From: Octopus sinensis
Lineage: Eukaryota
Assembly (NCBI RefSeq): GCF_006345805.1
Contig: NC_043005.1
Location: 42,594,001 to 42,658,000, forward strand
Direction of reading: 5' to 3'
Length of the DNA stretch: 64,000 bases
Position 1 is the first letter of the stretch; every line of letters begins with the position of its first letter. Positions 52,945-64,000 of the stretch are shown in pieces. A program made the translations under genes and the position numbers. Below the pieces are notes generated by a model. It saw only the letters and a list, made by a program, of their open reading frames with translations, was not told the DNA's origin and did not search any database.

Positions 52945-53562
52945 AAAAGGAAATCCGTTGGAAAAACAAAAACAGAACAGAGGCAGAGCAAAAAACAAAT
53001 CGACTGTGCTCCTAAGAGCCCATGGCGAAACTGTTTATAGTGTATGGGAACTTACTCCTGTAAGACAAACGGGGCTTGTTTTTCACAGCGGGGGGTTCCT
53101 TGTCAAGGTAGGCTTAGGATGAACACTCACACACACACATAAAACATAATATATATATAAATTTCTTTTTTTTTTCTCTGCACACCCAACGGTTATCACG
53201 GCGATACCACTAGCCGACAGCCGAACGATCAAACGCACACACGTACACAAAAAATGTTTTCTACCCTACGCCAACACACACATATATAGAACAGTATACA
53301 CACACACACGTCTCTAAGTAGATTTTTTCTCGCCCCTTATAAAACATCCAATATTCTTTAAATAGTCAGAACTTTATTCTCGGTCCAAAGAACATATATA
53401 CACCCTCACCCACATGATGACCGATGCCTGACCTGTAATTCTTCAGCCACCGGGTTCTCAACATACACTGATAAACAGTTTCGCCATGGGCTCTTAGGAG
53501 CACAGTTCGATTTTTTTTGCTCTGCCTCTGTTCTGTTTTTGTTTTTCCAACGGATTCCTTTT

Positions 53563-53650
53563 TTCTTCCTGAAGAGAAAGACACCAATATGGTCCAATTA
53601 TTCAATCGGATTTTGGTAATTTGTGCCTTTCGAAACACGTGTAGAATGAA
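53563..53650 (+). ncRNA. Type I hammerhead ribozyme (family 5)
   Basis: ttcttc-CTGAAGA-gaaagacac..gtgcctttc-GAAA; palindromic helix III ACACGTGT; GUA triplet; helix I partner gaa(t)gaa. Confidence 0.75.
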
Positions 53651-53857
53651 ATAAAATCGATTTTGTTCAATCTGCGTTCAGCTCCATTTCTTCAATTCAA
53701 CAATAATGTTTTATTTTCAATTATCCGCACCACGCACGGTTGCAAACGCCAGATGGTTGTACCTCCAACCGTGCTGTTCACTGCTGTGATTTTTGCTACT
53801 AAGGTATCGGTTAAACTTTGTTAATCTACTACAAGATTATTCATCTTTCTATTTCAC

Positions 53858-53894
<37 letters not shown>

Positions 53895-53899
<5 letters not shown>

Positions 53900-54110
53900 T
53901 TCCAAACATGAAAACAGAAGAGAAAACCACAACAACGTGAGAACGTGGAACAAGTATAGTGTTATTGGATGCTCAGGAAAGGAAACAAAAAAGGAGGATT
54001 TAACGTTTCGAGCGGAGCTCTTCGTCATAAACACAGGAAAAGGAAAGATCCAAGGAAGGGAAGACAGACGAAAAAAATCCCCAACGATACACACGCGGTC
54101 ACACACACAC
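53895..54110 (-). mobile_element. Second copy of the family 3 HHR-bearing terminus with a mutated core (AUGACGA)
   Basis: Homologous to 26470-26680. Confidence 0.75.
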
Positions 54111-54124
54111 ACACACACACACAC

Positions 54125-54160
<36 letters not shown>

Positions 54161-54524
54161 CCTATATATATATATATAAATATATATATATACTTATATA
54201 CGTATGAATTTAATTTTATGTGAAAGCCACGTAAGAATAAAATATGTTAATGAATGTGTCATTTGGTGGTACAAAGTTAGCCCTCGGTCCTTTTATTTTC
54301 CTCGTTTGCCTGTACGCAACTTTGAAAAACTTGTCTTTCGCATAAAAATCTCTAATAATAATAATATTATGCATGCATTATAAGTATGAGAATGAGATAT
54401 ATAAATTTCGGAAGATTTATCTCTATATAATGGAAAGAAAGATAAACATAAATATAGAATACTTTACTAACTACATTTCATCATGCATCATATGAATATG
54501 TTTACCTATTTATTTATTTATTCA

Positions 54525-54563
54525 TTTTATTATTATCATTATTATTATTATTATTACTACTAC

Positions 54564-54603
<40 letters not shown>

Positions 54604-55125
54604 ATTATTATTATTATTATTATTATTGAATGAGCGAGCAGAGCATGCCATCAAAGTGACACTGGGGTAAAATATACGAAGCCCAGTATACCCATCATGA
54701 CTACCGTCTGATAAGGGTACACCAGGCACATGCATCACAAACATATGTGTGCGATATGGTGATCTCATATCAAGATAAACAGCACATGACCTTGCAGGTG
54801 GAGCCCCAGTTAGAATTTTCTTCAGATCGAGTAACCCATCCTGCTCAAATGGTCCCTGAATAAGGGTGTTTAAGGACGTTGAACGAAACACCCATGTTTC
54901 CAGAGGGAATTATTCAAACCCCAAAGATCCTTCTCAACACATGGCTATGATGCTCCCCCACTACTCTGCTCGTGATAGAGGCACATATCGTCAGCACTAA
55001 GGGACATGCTCAACTGTTAAGGTCAAAACAACTGACAAGCAAATCTGTGGTATTGAGCAGAATATTGTTGTAGCCCATCTTTTATACCAAGACAAAACAA
55101 TGTACATGATAACACTTCCAATCAG
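54525..55125 (-). mobile_element. LINE-type 3' UTR repeat ending in an (AAT)n tail
   Basis: Non-coding unique-looking block whose - strand 3' end runs directly into a long (AAT)n; clade not determined. Confidence 0.55.
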
Positions 55126-55192
55126 TATATTATTATTATATTATTATTATTATATATTATTAATTATTATATTATTATTATTAATTATATTA

Positions 55193-55249
<57 letters not shown>

Positions 55250-55465
55250 GATCCTCATCATCATCATCATCACCATCATCATCATCATTATAGACGAAGG
55301 TTTGGAAAATCCGTTTCAACATTATAAAGTAGAATACTAACCTGAAACTGGAATCGAACCTTCACCCGATTCTTCTACTCCAAAAAGAAAAAAAAAAGAA
55401 AAAACAAGTGACCTGTGTTGAAAAACTGAAGAAAAATGGATCTAAATATGAATGATTCAAAATAT

Positions 55466-55534
<69 letters not shown>

Positions 55535-55555
55535 TCTTCTATCTATCTATCTATC

Positions 55556-56316
55556 GTTCAGTGTCCACACATTTCCGACCTGTGGGCTTATGTCGAACAA
55601 CTGCTGTCACGTGTGGGACGAGTCGGTTTATCAGCTGAGGTATCGTATCAATATTGTCACGCCTCCTTCCTTCAAACGGGAAGGAAGAAGCTATTTTCAT
55701 CATCCTTGTGGCTATGGCGAAAGAATGTATCTGGTGGACGCGTCTGAAAGGATTGGAGACAAACACTTTCCTCTCTGGTCAATCTCTCATCAACTTCTTC
55801 AAGTACCACTTGAAAAGGAAAGTGAGAGTGAGAGTAGAGAGGCAAGTTTTGTCTAGCGAATTTTAAAAAAAGATGGGTGAATGTAGCAAGAATGGCACGT
55901 ATGAATGACGAGCCACCTTGAGCATAGTCCTATGAACCCAGAAATCGAAAACAGAGTTGCTTATTTGCAAAAAAAAAAAAAAAAAAAAGAATATAAAATG
56001 TGACTTCATTGACCCGGGTTACCGTGGTCTTTTCCGTAGGCTTTTCTTTCCACGGGTAAACCTCACCTGTCCTCCCCTTACACTTCATATTGACATTTCT
56101 GTGATAACGATCCCTATTGATCAATTTTTTTCCTCTCCCCCCCTTTTTTTTTTTTAACCCCCCTTTTTTTGTCCTCTTTCTCTCCTTTTACGATCCCTTT
56201 TGATCGAAACTCCCCCTTCCTTTTTTTTTTTTTTTTTTTTTTAACCTTCAAAAGAAAAGCTCTACCTTGTAATTTGTTCTATCTGTGTGCAGCCCTGTGT
56301 GGCTAATAAAGAAACA
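55556..56316 (+). mobile_element. 5'-truncated Tx1-clade LINE, copy A
   Basis: ORF2 C-terminal fragment plus T-rich 3' UTR ending taataaagaaac; (CTAT)n on both sides. Confidence 0.9.
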
Positions 56317-56402
56317 TATCTATCTATCTATCTATATATCTATCTATCTATCTACCTATCTACTTACCTATCTATCTATCGATCTATCTACCTACCTATC
56401 TG

Positions 56403-56893
56403 ATGGCACGTATGAATGACGAAGCCACCTTGAGCATAATCCTATGAACCCAGAAATTGAAAACAGAGGGTTACACACTTGCAAACAAATGTGGTAACAT
56501 ATAACAATATCGACCAAGGTTACCGTGGTCTTTTTCGTAGGCTTTTCTTCCCACGGATAAACCTTATGCTTTCCCCTTTACACCATATATCATAACACTG
56601 TGATACACGATCCCATTGATCGTTTTTTTCCTCTTCCCCTTTTTCCCCCTTTTTCTTCTTTTTTCATTTCTCTTTCCTTTTGTTCCTTTTCCTTTTCTTT
56701 TTTTTTTTTATTCCTTTTATTTTATTCAAACTTTTTTTGTTCTTTTCTTCCCTTTTACGATCCCTCTTGATCGAAAACCTACGCCACCCCTTTTTTTTTC
56801 TTTTGTTTTTTGTTCTCTTCACCCCCCAAAAGAAAAGCTCTACCTTGTAACTTGTCCCATCTGTGTGCAGCCCTGTGTGGCCAATAAAGAAAC
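56403..56893 (+). mobile_element. 5'-truncated Tx1-clade LINE, copy B (diverged subfamily)
   Basis: Same 3' end (caataaagaaac) with a clearly diverged 3' UTR; (CTAT)n flanks. Confidence 0.88.
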
Positions 56894-56981
56894 TTATCTA
56901 TCTATCTATCTACCTACCTATCTATCTAACTATCTACCTACCTATCTATCTATCGATCTATTTACCTATCTATCTACCTAC

Positions 56982-57025
<44 letters not shown>

Positions 57026-57068
57026 TATCTAATTTATCTATTCTATCCATCTATCTATCTATCTATCC

Positions 57069-57110
<42 letters not shown>

Positions 57111-57291
57111 TTATCTATCTATCCATCTATCTATCTATCTATCTATCTATCTATAGATCTATCTATCTATCTATCTATCTATCTCTATCTATTATCTATC
57201 TATCATCTATCTCTATCTATCTATCTCCTATCTATCTATCTATCTATCGATTTATCTATCTATCCATCTATCTATCTATCCACTCTATCTC

Positions 57292-57332
<41 letters not shown>

Positions 57333-57395
57333 ACTATCTAATCTATCATTATCTATCTACTTATTATCGTCTAATTATCTATCTATCTATCTATC

Positions 57396-57433
<38 letters not shown>

Positions 57434-57438
57434 TATCT

Positions 57439-58289
57439 AGCTCTACAGACACGGCTCGAGAAACACGGGGCCGACCTGCCCGAGATGCGGTCAGAGCGCA
57501 CGAAACCGTTCTGCACGCACTCGTTCAGTGTCCAACAATTTCCGACTGTGGGCTTATGTCGAACAACTGCTGTCACGTGTGGGACGAGTCGGTTTATCAG
57601 CTGAGTCTATCGTCAATATTGTCACGCCTCCTTCCTTCAAACGGAAGGAAGAGCTATTTTCATCATCCTTGTGGCTATGGCGAAAGATGTATCTGGTGGA
57701 CGCGTCTGAAAGGATTGGAGACAAACACTTTCCTCTCTGGTCAATCTCTCATCAACTTCTTCAAGTACCACTTGAAAAGGAAAGTGAGAGTAGAGAGGCA
57801 AGTTTTGTCTAGCGAATGTTTTAAAAAAAGATGGGTGAATGTAGCAAGAATGGCACGTATGAATGACGAAGCCACCTTGAGCATAGTCCTATGAACCAGA
57901 AATCGAAAACAGAGAGTTGCTTATTGCAAAAAAAAAAAAAAAAAAAAAGAAATATAAAATGTGACTTCATTGACCGAGGTTACCGTGGTCTTTTCCGTAG
58001 GCTTTTCTTTCCACGGGTAAACTCACCTGTCCTCCCCTTTACACTTCATATTGACATTTCTGTGATAACGATCCCTATTGATCAATTTTTTTCCTCTCCC
58101 CCTTTTTTTTTTTTTTTTTTTTTTACACCCCCCCCCCTTTTTTTTGTCCTCTTTCTCCCTTTACGATCCCTTTTGATCGAAACTCCCCTTTCCTTTTTTT
58201 TTTTTTTTTTTTTTTTTTAAACCTTCAAAAAAAGCTCTACCTTGTAATTTGTTCTATCTGTGTGCAGCCTGTGTGACTAATAAAGAAAC
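57439..58289 (+). mobile_element. 5'-truncated Tx1-clade LINE, copy C (very close to copy A)
   Basis: Contains the C-terminal CPRC..H..C zinc finger; (CTAT)n flanks. Confidence 0.9.
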
Positions 58290-58562
58290 ATATCTATCTA
58301 TCTATCTATCTATCTATCTAATTTATTAATCTGTCTATCTATCTATTGACGGATGTGATGTCGTTTCAGCTCCGAAGGTAATCATTTATTTTGACTATTT
58401 AAAAAGTGTATATTGACAAAATTTTTGTGCTTAAAAGTTGTGCAACAACATCCACTGTAAACCTTTGATAATATCGACACAAAATTTTGCCCCTTGTGGG
58501 CAAAATTTAAAAGAAAAAATTCTCATAGCCTTCGTGGTTTCATTAGCCATTTTATTTCCAAA

Positions 58563-60440
58563 ATGGCCACTGGCCACCACGAGGCTGGTTTGCAAGTCAA
58601 GCGTGACGCAGAAACAGAAAAACAGGATGCTCTGTTAGCATACGCCGAACCTGACACTCCACCACCATCAACAGCAAACAATACAAAAAAAAGTCGCAAG
58701 GCCAAGCACCGTCAACACCATCAGTGAGTCCACCACCACCACCAACACCATGGCAGAATCTGCTACTAAAACTGCTATCCCTACTAAGATATCGCCACCA
58801 ATAACAACACCAACATCACCATCACCGCCACCAAAGACCGTGCCGTCAATGCTACTAATACTACCAACACCACCGCCGTCACCAAGAACGACAATAACAA
58901 CAACAACACAACAACAACGACGACAACAACAATTCCCTTCAACCACTGCTCACTCCATCACCAACAAGTGAAAAAATAACGACGACAAGCAAAACGAAAT
59001 GTCGAAATTTGCCCTAGTGCAGGACTAAAGTACGCAGGCAATTTTCCACACCTTCCTACTTGCACGATCGAACCAAACACACCAATTTTACAAACTGCAG
59101 CCAACAACAACATCACCACAAGCAACAACAATAACAAAACAACAACAAATTTCGCGCTGAGGCGATTAAAGAAAAAAAAAACAAATTATACTTTACGGCT
59201 CAACAGATACAGGACACGAACATCAAAATAACAGAATCAGAAGGTATAGTAAAAATAAACATACCAGAAGATATTTTGGAAAATGAAAAAAGACGAACAA
59301 TCATTTATAAAATAGTTAACAAAAAACAAAAATCCCAGAGAAGGCCAACACAAGCAAAATAGAGAAGTGCTTGAAACCCATCTGGGATCACAAAGAATAT
59401 GTAACCTGGTGGAACAAATTTGCCCACATACAAGTCGTTTTCTACACCGAAGAGTTAGCTAGACATTTCTCAACGCTAACTCTTCACTCAGATGAACTCC
59501 AATTACACCAAGCTATCGGGGACAGAAGTGACTAAGATCACTCTAAACAATGTCCCCAAAATAGCCAATAGTCTATGGCTTGTAAAGGCCTTATGCGTAA
59601 AAATGGCGAATTATACTATTTTGGAAACCACAGTCACAGAGCATAAAAACTGGGTGGGAAAAAAAATAGAATTTCTTCTACATATACATCATGAAGATAT
59701 AAAAAAATACCCACCCAGATATGTGTATCAGACGACCACAAGTTATATGTGGTCGTCGATGGCAGAAGACCACGTTGCTACATATGCGGCAGTGAGGCAA
59801 CACCTCAAAAAAGACTGCAAATCTGCCGCAGAAAAACAACAGCAACAACAACAGCAGCCGGAAACAAAAACAAATAACAGGTTTACTACCCACACCACTT
59901 TTTGCAGGAACAAACCTCACAAACAAACAACCACACCAACTGCAGCACCAACAAGACAGAAGCAGCATCACCAACAACAACAACCAAGAATATACCAACT
60001 CCAAACCAAGGACATCTGCCAAAAAGACACCCAGCAAAAAAAGAAGAAACAATTACAACTCCAAATCCCCACAAAATTGAGACCCTAAACAACACAACAA
60101 TACCCACAATCACTCAAACACAAATACCCAAACCCCACATCCAAAACCGCATACACACAACCAAACGCTCACCAACCAACACCAACAACAAAACCAACAA
60201 GTCGACAATAGACCCCAATACTTTCCCTCTTTCAGACTCCGATTCGTCTGATCTGTCATTAGACGAAGACACGGAAGATTGGCAAATAGCCACCGGGGGG
60301 AGAAGAAAACAAGGAAAAAAAAAAAAAAAAGAAAAACACAAACAAAGCGGAAGATACACCACTCCCGAAACAAAAACATCCACAGAAAACACACACATCA
60401 ACACACCACACCATCATCAAACCCCCCAAAAATGTTGACA
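58563..60440 (+). pseudogene. Tx1 ORF1 (gag-like, CCHC zinc knuckle, Thr/Pro-rich), frameshifted
   Basis: ATG at 58563 (MATGHHEAGL..); GRRPR-CYICGSE/QHLKKDC at 59776-59818 with a +1 shift; end position approximate. Confidence 0.75.
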
Positions 60441-60749
60441 GCCATAAACACAACAACCACGACCTAATGGAACACATTAGGTCAAACACTAACATTACTG
60501 AAAACGACATAAAAACAAGTAACCACCCACACACACACCACCACAACACATTAAATAATACACGTGACACAGAACACAATACAGCACCCTGAAATCTTTA
60601 CCCTGATGCAGTAGGGAGATTTCAAAAGTACTCATCGAAAACACTGTATAAAAGCCTCATAGAAGAGACCGTGAGGTGAAAGACAAAGAACTTTCGAAAA
60701 ACAAGTAACCTTTCTCTCTCCTTTTCCTTTTTTGCACTTTTATCGGAAC

Positions 60750-63700
60750 ATGCTCAGAATAGGTAGTATAAATGTACGTGGCTTGGGGTCGCCTTGGAAA
60801 CAAGGCTACCTGTTAAATGACATCAAGTCACTAAATCTGAATATCATAGCCATCAGTGAGACCAGACTCCACAGCTTGCGGGCACTCCAGCACATTTTCG
60901 GTACACATTTCAACATTTATTTTCTCCGTGTCTACCGAGAATGGCGGAGGTGGCACCGCGGTGTTATCCGGAAGAGTCTGGATCTCAAAGTAAGAGCAAA
61001 TTCCTAGACCCGGAGGGTAGGCTGGTCGTTTGGATGTCGATGGCAGCAGCAATGAGTGTGTTTTCGACTGATAGCAGTTTATGCTCCGTCCTTAACAGGC
61101 CGACCAGATTTCTTTCGACGTCTAGAGTCTTTCATGGAACGTCTCGTCCTTTACTTTTAGTGGGGGATTGGAATGCCACCCTGGACAAGCATCTAGACTA
61201 CGTGGGCAGAGATAGCAATAGAAGGGGATGCAAATGCCTCAAAGACCTGCTCAGACGTTTCCAACTGTCTGACAGGTACCGACTGGACCACCCGAATGTG
61301 CCAATGTGGACATGGAGTAACCGCATCGGGTCGTCCAGATCATACTTAGATAGAGTATTCTGTAGGACAATAGATAAAAATAGTGTAGGGTGTCCACAAT
61401 TTCATATAGTCAGTTACACAGATCACAAGTTTGTGACTTGTACACTTGACTTAGATAAGACACATAGGCAGGGTCCTGGTTACTGGAAACTGAACGCGTC
61501 TTTTACAGCACGACAGGTTTACAGGGACCGGATCAGCACATTAGTTAAGAGAGCTTTGACGGGTACCATCATCAACAACAGATGGTGGTATGCCCTAAAA
61601 AAAGCGATTAAAGCAGAATCAGTCAGATACAGTAGAGCCCTAGCATTAGACCGAAATAGAATAGAGGGAGATTTAGTTAAGGTTTAGAAGAGGCACTTAG
61701 AACTGGCATCGCGTCCAACGTACTGGCGGCGAGATTGGCCCTCGACCAACACCTCAACGCCAAACACGAGGGATGCGTTGTCAGAGCTAGGATGCGTGCT
61801 CTGAGGAACGAAGGAGTTGGAGCCGCCCAAGAGGCCCGAGTGGTGGAGACGCAACGAGGCAACAGAGCCACCATCAAGTCTCTTATAGATGAACAGGGGC
61901 GCGAATTGCTCGAGCCTAAAAGGATGTGGGGTTTTTCAACAACACTTCACCCAACTGTTTGGGACAATGTGGTGAGTCAGAAAGCAGAGTGGACTTTAGT
62001 GCCTACCTGCATGCCTTGCCACGACTCTCAGCAAGGGAGGTGGAGTCTTGTGAAAAGCCTATCACAGCTGCGGACGTACAGGATGCGATGGTAGGCTGCG
62101 CGAGAGACAAGTCACCAGGCTTGGATGGTCTGCCCTACGAATTTTATTTTCATATGCCAGACTTGTTTGGAGGCGTCTTGGCAGCTGTCTACTGCAACTG
62201 GCAGCAGAACGGGAGTATTCCTGCTTTTGTAAAGCGAGGAGCAGTGGCACTGATCAAGAAAGACCCAAACAAGGGGGACGTCATAGATAATTTCAGGCCC
62301 ATCACTCTGCTAAACGCAGATTTGAAAATTTTGGCCAAGGTGTTAGCCGAGAGGTTGGCGCTTGTCATCAAGAAACTAATCGACAAGGCGCAAACATGCG
62401 CCGTGCCGGGTAGAAGTATTCATGACAACCTCCATCTGATGCGCTACATCATAGACAGGGTAGTTAAAAATCCTGGCATGGGTGGGCGCTGATCAATTTG
62501 GATCAATCCAAAAGCCTTCGATAGGGTAGACCATCACTACTTGGAGGCTGTCCTCAAAGCGGCTGGTTCGGTCCAGTTTTCCGCGGTTGGATCGCTGCCT
62601 TATACAGCGGCATCCGCTCAGTAGTTCGCGTAAATGGTCATCTATCCAGACCTTTTAACATCATGCGTTCGGTTCGTCAGGGATGCCCCCTCTCATCGCT
62701 GCTGTATGTACTGACTCTTGAGCCACTACTGCGGAAACTGGCGACGCTGAGGGGCATCCCACGAGAGCTGGGATGCGGGAGGAGCGTGTCTGCATACGGG
62801 ATGACGTCACCGTCATAGTGTCGAGCTACGAGCACATCGAGCTGGTCGGCGAGACACTGAAAGAATACGAAGCGGTAACGGGAGCAAAAATTAACCGGGA
62901 AAAGTCAGTGGCTTGCGGCTCGGCACCTGGAGAAGAAGCAAGCCCATGCCGTCCAACAGCGTCTCCATCGTGGGACGCTGGACGGACGGACCGGTTAAAT
63001 TGCTCGGGGTCTGGTTCGGTCCGGACCTCCAAATGGAGAGGAACTGGGGTGAAATAACGACTAGGGTGGCCACTCTCACCCAGTATTGGGCCGTGAGGAA
63101 GCTATCCCTAAAAGGTCGGTTGGAGGTGGCGAACGCTTACATCACATCTGTCATCGATTACTGTCTGACAGTCATGCTTTGTCCCGACTCTACCATCACC
63201 GAACTGGAACGCATACTCTTCTACTTCTTGTGGAAAGGATGCGTTCCGATGGCTAGACAATTCATTTGCTGCAACACCCGCTAAATGGAGAGCTAGGCAT
63301 GCCGTGGTTGATGATGCGCATACACGCGCTGAGACTGCGACATCTCCGGCGCTTCATAGACGAGGTGAACAGGTGTGGTACCCGTTTGTGCGACGCGCTT
63401 TCCTTCAGCTCGTCTCCTTGGCCGAACTGCAGTCGTGGATCAAACAGAGACCGAGGCTAGACGAATGGCACCGCTAGTGTCGCGTTGCCCTGAAGCAACT
63501 CTGCCGTCCGGGATCGAACTTGTGCGACTCCATCACAACAAAGGCATTCTATAGAGGATTAGTGGAGGGGAGGTGCGACGACGAACTCGGGCAGAGTCTG
63601 GGCGTCGACGAGGAACACCTGACCCGCCTGTTCAGGACAACTTTCGGGCCGGGACCTATGAACAATCACCAAAGATCCCTGGCCTGGCAGTGCTATCGAG

Positions 63701-64000
63701 AAGCATTACCTGTTCGGGATAAGCTCTACAGACACGGTTCCAGACACACGGACCGACTTGCCCGAGATGCGGTCAGAGCGACGAAACCGTTCTGCACGCA
63801 CTCGTGCAATGTCCAACCTTTCCGACCTGTGGGCTTATGCCGAACGGCTGCTGTCACGTGTGGGACGAATCCGCCTATCGGCCGAGTCTATCGTGAGTAT
63901 TGCTCTGCCCCCTTCCCTCAACCGGGAAGGCAAGGCAGTTTTCATCGTACTGGTGGCCATGGTGAAAGAATGTGTGTGGTGGACTCGAGCGAAAGGATTA
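60750..64000 (+). pseudogene. Tx1 ORF2: APE endonuclease, reverse transcriptase, C-terminal zinc finger; multiple 1-bp frameshifts
   Basis: MLRIGSINVRGL, SETRL, LLVGDWNA, SYLDRVF, TDHKFV, GPGYWKLN, KSPGLDGLPYEFY, NFRPITLLNADLKILAK, KAFDRVDH, RQGCPLS (62678-62695), Y(A)DD (62795-62805), GAKINREKS, CPRCG..H..QC (63759-63815). Confidence 0.95.

Larger units (their letters stand above)
52796..53711. repeat. Inverted repeat with ~255-bp arms (52796-53050, 53453-53711) and a ~400-bp spacer; PLE-like, HHR in each arm
   Basis: aaacattatt../..aataatgttt termini; arms differ mostly by small indels. Confidence 0.9.
58347..64000 (+). mobile_element. Apparently full-length L1/Tx1-clade LINE, copy D, continuing beyond the window
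   Basis: Starts immediately after (CTAT)n; 5' UTR, ORF1 and ORF2 in order. Confidence 0.92.

Noticed and set aside
58668-60579. Several - strand ORFs overlapping Tx1 ORF1
   Set aside because: Antisense shadows of an A/C-rich coding strand

Overview
AT-rich, repeat-saturated animal genomic DNA. The SINE and microsatellite complement resembles octopus/coleoid cephalopod DNA; this is my recollection, not a database result. No host protein-coding gene could be recognised, and most ORF-track entries are microsatellite or antisense artefacts. Main content: (1) a cluster of four same-orientation L1/Tx1-clade LINE insertions in one (ATCT)n/(GATA)n microsatellite, three 5'-truncated and one apparently full-length with frameshifted ORF1 (CCHC) and ORF2 (APE, RT, Zn finger), running off the window end; (2) Penelope-like element (PLE) remnants, including a 4.1-kb 5'-truncated element with ~790-bp inverted arms and several outward-facing inverted repeats; (3) at least five unrelated families of minimal type I hammerhead-ribozyme (HHR) motifs, mostly in those repeats; (4) many tRNA-derived SINEs, one family of which shares its 3' tail with the Tx1 LINE and forms 185-bp head-to-tail multimers; (5) non-autonomous Helitrons, CR1 and RTE LINE ends, a 112-bp solo-LTR-like insert and an interstitial TTAGGG tract. 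All alignments and folds were done by eye, and boundaries are approximate unless a junction or TSD is quoted.
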